Shown here: positions 34,701 through 43,236 of the stretch, piece after piece
Layout of the letters: every line of letters starts with the position of its first letter
Numbering within the stretch: the stretch's first letter is position 1
Origin: Bacteroidales bacterium
GTDB lineage: Bacteria > Bacteroidota > Bacteroidia > Bacteroidales > WCHB1-69
Length of the DNA stretch: 64,000 nt
Direction: 5' to 3'
Assembly: GCA_045132055.1 (NCBI GenBank)
Contig: JBGURP010000039.1
Span: 64,394 to 128,393 of the forward strand
Made by a program: the position numbers and the translations under genes
Notes under the pieces: model-generated
Seen by the model: only the letters and a program-made list of their open reading frames with translations
What the model was told of the DNA's origin: nothing
Databases searched by the model: none

Positions 34701-37700
34701 TCACCCGGGCAACACGGGTAACCCAATCAATGACGGCGACACCCTGTGTCCTAACTATGGCGACTTCTACATGATGGCTGGTCCTCAAAGTGCTTCCAAC
34801 CTGCCTGACTCAGTTCAAAATTATCAGGCTCTTGGTTATCTCTGGACTGGTGCAGTTGATGCTGTTACCCACACGACTAATGTTGACTTCTTCAAGATGT
34901 CTTGTGAAAACTGCGACTCCTTGTACACTGCATATCTCACTGTGACCAACATGAAGAACTGTTCTGCTACTACCTCATTCAATATTTATGGTGTTGTCAG
35001 ATCTCTTCCTGTTATCACGGCTATTTCCGAAATTGAAATGCCTCTCTACACTGGCGATCCTACTGCCAAGTGTGTGATTAAGGTCCCGGATTTCGTTTCC
35101 ACCAACAGCTATTTCAACCCGCTGACCGTTCAAGACGAGTGTTTCTCTTTGAGTGAGATGATCTTTACTCAGGACGTTAGACCTGACACTTTGATCAACC
35201 ACGATACTACGGTTGTTATCACAATCACTCAAAAACAAACCAACCCGAATGCAACTCCTTGTTGGACTGTTACTCACAACATTCATGTGAAGATGCCGGC
35301 TAACACAATTCATATTTCCGAAATCAATGCCGCTTCTGTTGGTTGTGAGCCTTGGGCTACAACGCTCACCCCGACCATCGAGAATGCTACGGGTGCAATT
35401 ACCTACAATTGGTCCACTGGCGTTCATACCGAGACTGCTGATGTAGTTTTGGAAGACAGTCTGCATACCTTCACGCTCACTGTTACTGACCTTTCTGGTT
35501 GTGCCAACAGCATGACGGTTTCTCCGGATGTTTATCGCAAACCTGTTAGCGAAGACTTTGCTTTTGTGAGCACTCCGAACACCTACTGTTCCGATACTGA
35601 GTTTGACGGTACATTCTACATCAATGTTTTGAATGATTCCACTGCTCATATCAATGGTTTCGTTCTTGACTCTGCAAAATATGGCAATACCAATACTGTT
35701 ATTGGTACTACTTATACTATTAATGATACTGTTCTTAACTTGCGTGATGGTGTTTATTACTTCACCATTACCACTTCTGATAATTGCGAGCGTGGCTTCA
35801 ACGATACCATTCGTAGAGATACCACGGATGCCAATGCTCCGTTCGTTGCTTCTGTTTTGACTCACAACTTCAGATGCGAACAACCTTACGAAGGTTCTGT
35901 TGCAGTTACTCCGAATGTTGAGAATTATGTTTATAGCATCGAAAGCAACAACCACATTACCGATGGTGAAATCATTACCAGCCACGCTACTGTGATCACC
36001 CCGATCATGTTCAACTGGTTGTATCAAGACACCTACCGTGTGTATGTTGTTTCTCCTAAGGGATGTCATTTCATCACCAATGATGTTACCGTAAATGATA
36101 TCAGAGTTATCCCGCAGGCTCCTACTGTTACTTTCGACACTGCTGATTGTACATTGGATAATGGTGTTATGTACATTGCTAACACCAATCCTACCTTCAC
36201 CTATTCTGTGGATGGTGTTCTCAAACCGGGTAACAATGGTACGCTTACCTTCACTAACATCTCTGTGGGTTCTCATCCTATCACAATTCTCTCTTCTGGT
36301 AATTGTGTTGGTATTTTCCCGTTCGAGATGCCTTCCCGTACTGCTGTTCCTTCCCAACCGACTCTGACTATTCACAATAATGAGTACTGTGATTATATGT
36401 TCGGTGGTGTTCATGGTCAGAATGGTTCTGTTACGGTTCCTGCAAACCAGGTTATGGCTGGCTACACCTATACTTTCAATGGTGAAACCGTTACCGGAGT
36501 TGCTGGTACTGCAGTTGTGTTTGACAGCTTGGCAGACAATACCTATAGCATGACCATTAAGGATGTTCATAGCTGTGGTATTACATTCAATGTTATCGTT
36601 CCTCATACTCAACATGTTTTCGATACAGTCAAGGCTGTTTATACGAATGGTTCTGATTGTGCACATGCTGACAATAAGGTTCAGATCACCAATCCTAATA
36701 ATGCTTATAACTATTTCTTGGCTCGTTGGGCACAAGATCCTGTTTCTGGTTGGGGATGGTTTATTGATCGTGATAATGACATTTTTACCGCTCCGAATTA
36801 CACCCTTGACAGTTTAGTTGATGGTTACTATATGGTTGTTCAAGAGCATAAAGTTTTTGAATGCACCTATGCATTGCCTTATGAGTACCTTCATGTCGTA
36901 GCACCTGTATATCACATTACGGCTACTCATGTTGATGATCAGGATTGTTCTGCTCTTGGTACTGGTACTATTACGATTACCAACCCGGATGCTAACTTCA
37001 CCTATTCTTTGAATGGTGTTGACACGACTGTCTTCACTGGTTTGAATGGCAGCAACAGTGGTATTACCTACCAAATCCTTGCTTTCAACAATGTGACAAG
37101 TTGTAACTATGACACGACTATTACTATTAAGATGAATAGTTACATTCCTTCTATTGACACTGTTGTTTCTACCCCGAACTTCTATTGTACAAATGAGAAG
37201 AACGGTACAATTACTGTTACTCTTGATAGTGTTGTGGCTGGTACCTACTATTTGTTGGATGCTATGGCAAATGAAATCGATTCTAACACTACTGGTGTTT
37301 TCACTGGTGTTAATTCAGGTGATTATGGAGTCTATTTCGTGTCTGCATATCATTGCGAATCCAATCTCGAATTAATTAATGTGAAAGACAGTGCATTCTT
37401 CACTGCTGAATTCTTGGTTACTCCGAATTACACTTGTGCACCTACTTTGAATGTTCCTGGTACTGGTTGTATCTATGTGATCAATCCTCACAATGTTGCT
37501 CCTAACAACAATTACACCTACTCTATTTATCAACAAAATTACATTTACAGTAATAGCATTGATAATACAACTTATAAGTGGTGTTCACTTGCTGCTGGCG
37601 AGTTCCATGTTACGATTGTTGATACCGTTACGGGTTGTTCTGTAGATACTAACTTGATTGTTACGGATTCTACCGTCCATGTGACACTTGATGTTGCTTC

Positions 37701-40700
37701 TGAAGACAACAGCGTTTGCGTTGGTACTGGCAATGGTTATATTACAGTTACTGCTACTGCCGATAATCTTGACGCAGTGCTCGTGTTCGCAGTCCTTGAT
37801 GGTACTTCTATCGATACCGTTTGGAAAGCAAATGGCGACACTGTAATAAACCTCGGTGCTGGCAACTATGAGATTGTCGTTCGCGACAACTACTTCAACT
37901 GTCTGCATGACACTTGCTCCAATAAGGATGTCACAATTAGCACAGTTAAGAACGTACTGAATATTGATACTACTTTATTTGCTAACAATGCTTGCGATTC
38001 TCTCCTGTGGAATGGTTCTGTTGTGATTAACTCTGTTGAGTATCTCGATGGTACTGCTGTTGATTACACTGCTACTATTACAGACGAAAATGACGCTCCG
38101 GTTGATTACGCTACTGTCATTACCAATGGTTGGGGTCACTTGAACAATGTTCGTTATAAGATCAATATTCATGACAACACCACGGGTTGCGACACAATTC
38201 TTAACACGCTTATCCCGGGTAACAACTCTTGTTCCAACAACACTACAATTAGTGTTACCGCTGTCAACAACAATACCAATGCTAGTAATTCTGCAAAAGA
38301 ATTCTACTTCTGTTATAATGTTGAAAATGCTAAGTTGATTGCCAATGCAACCAGTCCTTGCGATGCTGATTTCAATTATACTTGGTCTCGCGAATGTAAG
38401 GATACTATTGTTCACAATGCTGAATACGATGTTAACACTGCTGCTACGATTTGCTGTAAGTACTACATTACCGCAGTTGGTGTAACTACTGGTTGTTCCA
38501 AGACTGATACTGTGAATGTATGTGTTGATGAACTTCCTTCTATCCAATTCTACGCAACCGGTGCTAACATTGCATACGTGGGAGCTAATCCTACTGTTAC
38601 CTTCTCCAATTGCGAGAACTATGCATATACGTTCGGTATCAACAATCCTGCACCTAAGTTTGATTCTATCAGCTGGACAAACGGTTATGTAGCTACTAAT
38701 ATTGATAACTTCAATGTTGACGCTTACAGCCGTCCTATTGGTAAGACTTCCTACTGTGTATGGGTTATGGATAAGAATGGTTGTGCCAACACCTCCGAAG
38801 CTAATGTCATGATCAAGGCTGTTTCTACATTTGCTAAGGATACCTCTTCTTGCGGTTCATTCCACTATGTTTCCCACAGAACTGGTACTGCTTATAATTA
38901 CACTTATACAATTGGTGGTACAAACGATTACACTGTTATTGATACATTCTATGCTGTTAACGCTTGCGATAGCATTGTGACTTACACTGTTCACGTGAAT
39001 GCAACTCCTACGTTGACTGTTCCTACAGCTACTTCCAATTTGCTGAATACGGCTTATTGTCACGGCGCTACTTTGCCTGCAACATTTACTGTAACGACTA
39101 CAGATGCTGATTATCAAGGCTTCCGTATGACTGACAAGGATCCAGTTGTATTTGAAAATGACAAGACTTCTTTCTTGACTGATTCTCCGTTTGATCCTGC
39201 AAGTCCTCTGACATTTGCCATGAGCGGTAAGAAAATCTATGCTTACGCTTTTAATGATTGCGATACCATCATCAAACGAATTGGTGTTCTCGTTGTTGAC
39301 TCTCTGCCAGTCGTGAGCGGTGTTACTGCTGCTTCTAATCCTATCAATTTCTGTAAAGGTAGTCTTTGCCCTGGTACTGAGCTCGTTGCTTCTACCACTG
39401 CTTGGAATAATGCAGGTCTCTTAACACCTAAGACTGAGAAATGGCTTGTCTCTGCTAGTCAGACTGATTTCTCTACTGCTACTGAAATTGCTACCTTCAC
39501 TACTGCTGACAGCGGTAAGTATGTAACCTTCGCAGCCACCAACCATTGCGGTACTACCTATGCTACCCCGGTTAAGGTTCTTGTTGACAGTGTTGCAGAT
39601 CCTATTTTGGCTCTCAATACCACTACATTCTGTGCTGGTGATGCTATCAATTTGTCCAATATTACTATCACTCACACTGCTACTTCAACACCTGAAGATA
39701 CTATTTACTACTATGGTGGTAGTGTATATACCTTAGGTACTGCTTTGGCTAAGACTTCAACACCTCAAGAGTTCTACGCTTCTGTTAAGTATTCTTGCGG
39801 TTCTTATGTCAATTCCAATAAGGTGAACGTTACAGTTAATGATACAGCTAAATTGGTTGTTCCTACAACGACTGATACGCTTTGTCTGCATGCTACCGCT
39901 TATAGTTTCGATGTGACTACCAATCCTACCAACACAGTTTCAGCAAGTAGTAATCATACTGATACAGCCACAGTTGCTGTTATGGGCAATACTGTTACTG
40001 TCACTCCTGTTGGTGTGGGAACTGTTACGATTACGGTTACCTCTACTGCAGCTGGTTGCGGTTCAAAGAGCAAAGACGTGACGTTTGTTATCGCTGACAC
40101 TGCTACCAACTTTGGTACTGTTGCTGACGTTGAGGTATGCGCTGGTAATACTTTGACACTGACTGCTCCTTCTTACAAAGCAAATGGAAAAGTTTACAGT
40201 GAAGGTTGGTTGCTTGGTGGTACGGCATTCAATCCTGCTACTTATCATGTGCAATATCCTGCTGATAGCGGTAAGACTCTCACCTACTTTGTTGAAACCA
40301 AATGCGGTATCGGTCATTCCAATGACGCTATCCTTCATGTGAAAGATACCGCAGACCTTTCCTTAGCACATGCTGTTTATGACACTTTATGTGTTGGTGC
40401 TATTGCTACCATCAATGATGTTAAGATTCACGCTTCCAATACGCTGACTTACACGGCTTCACCTGCTGGTATGGTTACCCTTACTAAGACTGGCAATGAG
40501 AAAGGTTCTGGAGCTACGATTACTATCACAGTTACTAATTTGATTGGCGACGGCCTTGATACCGTAACGATTACCTCTACTGGTCTCTGTGGTGAGCCTA
40601 AGAGCATTAGAATACCGTTCGTGGTAAGCGACAAGCGTGTTGTTGCCAATATCTCTACCCCGGCTCCTGTCTGCGAGGGCGAGCCTCTTGTTCTGCCTAC

Positions 40701-43167
40701 TGTTCCTTCTACAACTGGTAATGCTAATATTTACTCTCAGGGTTGGGAGGTTAAGAAGACTTCTGCATCTGATTTCAGTGCGTTCAATGCTGCTGACTTC
40801 CTGGCTAATGCTGCCACCTATAAGAATGCAGAACTCCGTTACATGGTGTTAACCCTTTGCGGTGAGTCTTACTCTGACACTGTGAACATTACGGTCAACG
40901 ATACTGCTGTTCTTGCAGTGACTGAGCGTACGCAGGTTGTTTGTAATAACAGTGCTATTACGGATATGGTTATTACTCGTAACAAACCGGTTGAATTGTC
41001 TGCTAATTTGAAAACTGCTGGTTTAGGTTTCAGTACCGATAGCCTTAAAGTTGAAGGTACTGTTGCAATTCCTGCAACTGAAACATTCCCGTACATCCTC
41101 ACCGGTAAGATTTTCACCACCGATGTTGAATGTCCGGACAAGAATGACACTTTGGATATTAAGATTACGGTGAACGCTGAGCCTGTGGTTACCCTGACCA
41201 GACCTAATGACACGATTTGTGACGGTAATCCTATCACTATCACCAACCTCGCTATTGACACGAACCACACCGCTGGTTTGACTACAGCCTCTGGTTATCA
41301 GATCAAGAAAGACGGTGCTACTGCATACGCTGCTTGGAACATTACCAATAATGTTGATGTGACTTACGATAAGGCATCTCTGATTTATGTTGCAGTGAAT
41401 GGCTGTGGCAGAGACACCTCTGATGTATTCACTATCCGTGTGGCTGGTCACTCTACTCTGGCTAATGACGCTGTGTTCCGCGACACCTGCTCCGGCAACC
41501 CGTTCAGCGACTTCCTCGTAAGCATGCCTACTGTTACGTTGACTGGTGCTGCAGTTGCAACGGATACCACTTGGTACCTTGTTGATGGTACTACCTACAC
41601 GGCTATTACCGCTGCTACTCCTATCAACAATCCTGCTAAGGTTGCTTGTGTTGTCACGAACCAGTGCTTCAGTGATACTTCTAATGTCTATACCCTCGGA
41701 TTCGACGGCAGACCTACGATCACTCCTGATCCTCTCACCGTTGCTCCTATTTGTGAAGGTGACCCGTTCACAGAACCTACATTTACCGTTACAGATAATG
41801 GTGGTACGCTTACTGATACATTGTGGTTCATCAATGGTACTACACTTGATTTCACCAGTATCTATGACGCTGCTACCTACAATGGAAAGGAAATTAAATT
41901 GATCGTTAACAATGCTTGTGGCGCTGACACTGCTACTGGTACTGCTACTATCAACGTTCGTCCTGTTCCGTTCATGTTGGCAGACACAATCCTTTGTGCA
42001 GATCCTGCAAATGAATTCACTTTGGATGTTCCTAACGGTCCGTTCGTGACTTACGCTTGGATAGATGCTAATGGTGATACTGTTTCTACTAATAAGACTG
42101 AAACAATTCAACTCAATACTTTGGCAGTTGACACTGTTCTCAAGTACTATGTGGTTGTAACGGATGCTAACGGTTGTGAGTCTCAATCCAGAATCAATCG
42201 TTCTACCTACGTTTCTGATGTTATCCCTCAGGATACTATCTTCACTGATTTCATCCACGTGAGAGTGACTTCCAAACCGTTCTTCAAGTTCACGAACATG
42301 GATGGTGTTCCTACACACGATATCAACTCTTCACTTTCTAACACTACCACCGCCTTCAAGTGGACGTTGGACGACAAGTGCTACAGTGTAACTAATGAAA
42401 AGGTTTATGTGAAGTTCTCCATCTATCACAATGGTGTACTCATTCCTGAATCTGAAATCAGTGATTACCTTGCTACTGCTACCACTACCTTCGGTATGAC
42501 ATCTTACAATTGGAATACCAACCAAGTTGTACAATACACGGCTGGTGTTCAGCAGACATCATACTCATTCTATGAGCACATCTCCAACAACTTCCCGAAC
42601 TTCTACATCAGTTCGTTAAAGTATGACTGGGTATATCTCCCGTTCCTGACCTCTCGCTATGTAACCAATACATTTGCTCAATTCCAGCAAGAAGGTAACT
42701 ATGAGATTCATTATGAACTCTATGCTACCAATGGCGATCAGTTCGGTAACGTTTATGACGATTATCCAGCAGGTGCTACGGATATTATCGGTGGTCACGG
42801 TATCACTACTTCAACGCTGTTGGCTTCCGATGTGTTCACCATCCATGTGGGTAATGGTTCTACTGTTGCTGAGAACGAAGCTCCTGCAATGCCAGAACCT
42901 GAGGTTATCGCTGAAGATCCTACTGTGAAGGTTTACCCGAACCCGACCTCTGAGAATGTCAATGTCCGTATCGAGGGTATCGATGGTCAAACCACAATCA
43001 GAATCTCCACGTTGACTGGTAAGACCGTTGCTCAACGCAATGTGAACATTGATAACAAGTTCGCAGTTGAACAATTCAACGTGTCTGACCTCACACCTGG
43101 TGTGTATGTACTGCAAATTGTTAATGAAGAAGCTGTGATTTCACGTAAGCTTGTCATTACGAAATAA
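31738..43167 (+). CDS. Giant (3809 aa) Cys-rich Ig-like/SprB-like repeat surface protein with a T9SS C-terminal sorting domain
   Basis: Signal peptide MKKLLSICLLSVLLTMMSFFTAQA. There are dozens of Cys-framed modules, including SprB-like (FYCTNEKNGTITVTLDSVVAGTYYLLD, QDCSALGTGTITITNPDANFTYSLNG, SVCVGTGNGYITVTATADN), HYR-like (TRTYVGVDACDNHSNTITEIFTI), PKD/Ig-like (MTVTDSLGCVASDTSNAIHFYRLP, VVVTDANGCESQSRIN) and BIG2-like (GNTVTVTPVGVGTVTITVTSTAAGCG). The tail reads KVYPNPTSENVNVRIEG...LTPGVYVLQIVNEEAVISRKLVITK. Confidence 0.85.
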   Translation: MKKLLSICLLSVLLTMMSFFTAQAQSGNPACCFWVENMQPVTAHHIANLNGTGVAQDTSVGNDLVLNNVLNKAVVGNTDVYTLHFPQGANCGEKVSIEWLLYRDGQLVNGNLSDFAEFAIYTRYAPLNAAGYCQNIDWLGGVVENGDGICGCSVACNDNNHYPCDNVDGHNDFPGARIANALTPPFHDMDHLAAGYTNQMFTYNFNYFYLRFLASAQSSTQIRIKWRQVGNYSLVVRIRERIGGNDHPFTMDGSQNPDMNIGGHMACCGDVLYQDSLHYLVTTNHEKSICEDNPPFPYGQGLAWGPNDSTLYDFYPADSISDLYYVLFGTYTCDHWVVDSIDTFQLYARINPDIVAKDTILCRGDHFTAEDMNNLVTEVDLDAPGIIGHQIEWSLNGEAFSTDPLDVSSVTDVAGVNTFYVRQRNFYFDAMDNDTIGCPGDIDTITVTVRDLFPPVLENDHALMFCNETLEENSPLALTAHIDTLRDHCATEIRWYSKKAHTAANLLGVGDTLRVDLTQINPTNIGKSVTYYLYTVNTNTDPVTFSDSADYVTITFRQTPVFTVDTTTQLDFVVCPGSEVNLLSQVTCTVPNYNDSLPTLTFAWYKDSTLLSNDTNYTLNASTVCGHKDTFTVKITAVSWSYGCTAEMTRTYTVLAQDTVNPVIAWVDTVGTFDTLGNRLVTLSGCDSSAVPAPYTVAQFLAMTSATDTVATASATSRAYVGTIIDGCSNVDSLTVKDVVTSQNACQTVVTRTYVGVDACDNHSNTITEIFTINNDYKPVITGRIDVNPVRDTACTYDVPSYAVLRNIFDTDTNIKVTYQCTKSAFDTVVFYMNNTNVVADGNLNIFADTDLVTIYAVVTDTCGNHSVKTPVFDIHKPAAMYIAHGSITLDTLELCADVTTNMHFNDAFVMNADRPYTYQWSQISVVGQSIITPDTNNYLEAVVAPEDQLLNTSSHFIMTVTDSLGCVASDTSNAIHFYRLPTAEIISHPGNTGNPINDGDTLCPNYGDFYMMAGPQSASNLPDSVQNYQALGYLWTGAVDAVTHTTNVDFFKMSCENCDSLYTAYLTVTNMKNCSATTSFNIYGVVRSLPVITAISEIEMPLYTGDPTAKCVIKVPDFVSTNSYFNPLTVQDECFSLSEMIFTQDVRPDTLINHDTTVVITITQKQTNPNATPCWTVTHNIHVKMPANTIHISEINAASVGCEPWATTLTPTIENATGAITYNWSTGVHTETADVVLEDSLHTFTLTVTDLSGCANSMTVSPDVYRKPVSEDFAFVSTPNTYCSDTEFDGTFYINVLNDSTAHINGFVLDSAKYGNTNTVIGTTYTINDTVLNLRDGVYYFTITTSDNCERGFNDTIRRDTTDANAPFVASVLTHNFRCEQPYEGSVAVTPNVENYVYSIESNNHITDGEIITSHATVITPIMFNWLYQDTYRVYVVSPKGCHFITNDVTVNDIRVIPQAPTVTFDTADCTLDNGVMYIANTNPTFTYSVDGVLKPGNNGTLTFTNISVGSHPITILSSGNCVGIFPFEMPSRTAVPSQPTLTIHNNEYCDYMFGGVHGQNGSVTVPANQVMAGYTYTFNGETVTGVAGTAVVFDSLADNTYSMTIKDVHSCGITFNVIVPHTQHVFDTVKAVYTNGSDCAHADNKVQITNPNNAYNYFLARWAQDPVSGWGWFIDRDNDIFTAPNYTLDSLVDGYYMVVQEHKVFECTYALPYEYLHVVAPVYHITATHVDDQDCSALGTGTITITNPDANFTYSLNGVDTTVFTGLNGSNSGITYQILAFNNVTSCNYDTTITIKMNSYIPSIDTVVSTPNFYCTNEKNGTITVTLDSVVAGTYYLLDAMANEIDSNTTGVFTGVNSGDYGVYFVSAYHCESNLELINVKDSAFFTAEFLVTPNYTCAPTLNVPGTGCIYVINPHNVAPNNNYTYSIYQQNYIYSNSIDNTTYKWCSLAAGEFHVTIVDTVTGCSVDTNLIVTDSTVHVTLDVASEDNSVCVGTGNGYITVTATADNLDAVLVFAVLDGTSIDTVWKANGDTVINLGAGNYEIVVRDNYFNCLHDTCSNKDVTISTVKNVLNIDTTLFANNACDSLLWNGSVVINSVEYLDGTAVDYTATITDENDAPVDYATVITNGWGHLNNVRYKINIHDNTTGCDTILNTLIPGNNSCSNNTTISVTAVNNNTNASNSAKEFYFCYNVENAKLIANATSPCDADFNYTWSRECKDTIVHNAEYDVNTAATICCKYYITAVGVTTGCSKTDTVNVCVDELPSIQFYATGANIAYVGANPTVTFSNCENYAYTFGINNPAPKFDSISWTNGYVATNIDNFNVDAYSRPIGKTSYCVWVMDKNGCANTSEANVMIKAVSTFAKDTSSCGSFHYVSHRTGTAYNYTYTIGGTNDYTVIDTFYAVNACDSIVTYTVHVNATPTLTVPTATSNLLNTAYCHGATLPATFTVTTTDADYQGFRMTDKDPVVFENDKTSFLTDSPFDPASPLTFAMSGKKIYAYAFNDCDTIIKRIGVLVVDSLPVVSGVTAASNPINFCKGSLCPGTELVASTTAWNNAGLLTPKTEKWLVSASQTDFSTATEIATFTTADSGKYVTFAATNHCGTTYATPVKVLVDSVADPILALNTTTFCAGDAINLSNITITHTATSTPEDTIYYYGGSVYTLGTALAKTSTPQEFYASVKYSCGSYVNSNKVNVTVNDTAKLVVPTTTDTLCLHATAYSFDVTTNPTNTVSASSNHTDTATVAVMGNTVTVTPVGVGTVTITVTSTAAGCGSKSKDVTFVIADTATNFGTVADVEVCAGNTLTLTAPSYKANGKVYSEGWLLGGTAFNPATYHVQYPADSGKTLTYFVETKCGIGHSNDAILHVKDTADLSLAHAVYDTLCVGAIATINDVKIHASNTLTYTASPAGMVTLTKTGNEKGSGATITITVTNLIGDGLDTVTITSTGLCGEPKSIRIPFVVSDKRVVANISTPAPVCEGEPLVLPTVPSTTGNANIYSQGWEVKKTSASDFSAFNAADFLANAATYKNAELRYMVLTLCGESYSDTVNITVNDTAVLAVTERTQVVCNNSAITDMVITRNKPVELSANLKTAGLGFSTDSLKVEGTVAIPATETFPYILTGKIFTTDVECPDKNDTLDIKITVNAEPVVTLTRPNDTICDGNPITITNLAIDTNHTAGLTTASGYQIKKDGATAYAAWNITNNVDVTYDKASLIYVAVNGCGRDTSDVFTIRVAGHSTLANDAVFRDTCSGNPFSDFLVSMPTVTLTGAAVATDTTWYLVDGTTYTAITAATPINNPAKVACVVTNQCFSDTSNVYTLGFDGRPTITPDPLTVAPICEGDPFTEPTFTVTDNGGTLTDTLWFINGTTLDFTSIYDAATYNGKEIKLIVNNACGADTATGTATINVRPVPFMLADTILCADPANEFTLDVPNGPFVTYAWIDANGDTVSTNKTETIQLNTLAVDTVLKYYVVVTDANGCESQSRINRSTYVSDVIPQDTIFTDFIHVRVTSKPFFKFTNMDGVPTHDINSSLSNTTTAFKWTLDDKCYSVTNEKVYVKFSIYHNGVLIPESEISDYLATATTTFGMTSYNWNTNQVVQYTAGVQQTSYSFYEHISNNFPNFYISSLKYDWVYLPFLTSRYVTNTFAQFQQEGNYEIHYELYATNGDQFGNVYDDYPAGATDIIGGHGITTSTLLASDVFTIHVGNGSTVAENEAPAMPEPEVIAEDPTVKVYPNPTSENVNVRIEGIDGQTTIRISTLTGKTVAQRNVNIDNKFAVEQFNVSDLTPGVYVLQIVNEEAVISRKLVITK

Positions 43168-43188
43168 ACAATAGTTATTATCATACTT

Positions 43189-43225
43189 AAGGGAGTTGTG
43201 CCTTATTCCACAACTCCCTTTTTTA
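43189..43225 (+). terminator. Rho-independent terminator after the giant gene
   Basis: Stem aagggagttgtg / cacaactccctt (12 bp) with loop ccttattc, followed by a T-run. Confidence 0.75.
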
Positions 43226-43236
43226 TTACTGATTTT

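Noticed and set aside
33850-42318. Very long minus-strand ORFs inside the giant gene: 312 aa at 33850-34788, 586 aa at 34975-36735, 190 aa at 37975-38547, 431 aa at 41023-42318, and others.
   Set aside because: They are antisense shadows of a gene with strong T-ending codon bias, so few stop codons arise on the opposite strand. Their translations are low-complexity (R/S/N/I/V-rich) with no recognisable motifs, signal peptides or promoter boxes. The plus-strand ORF has clear domain structure and a T9SS tail.
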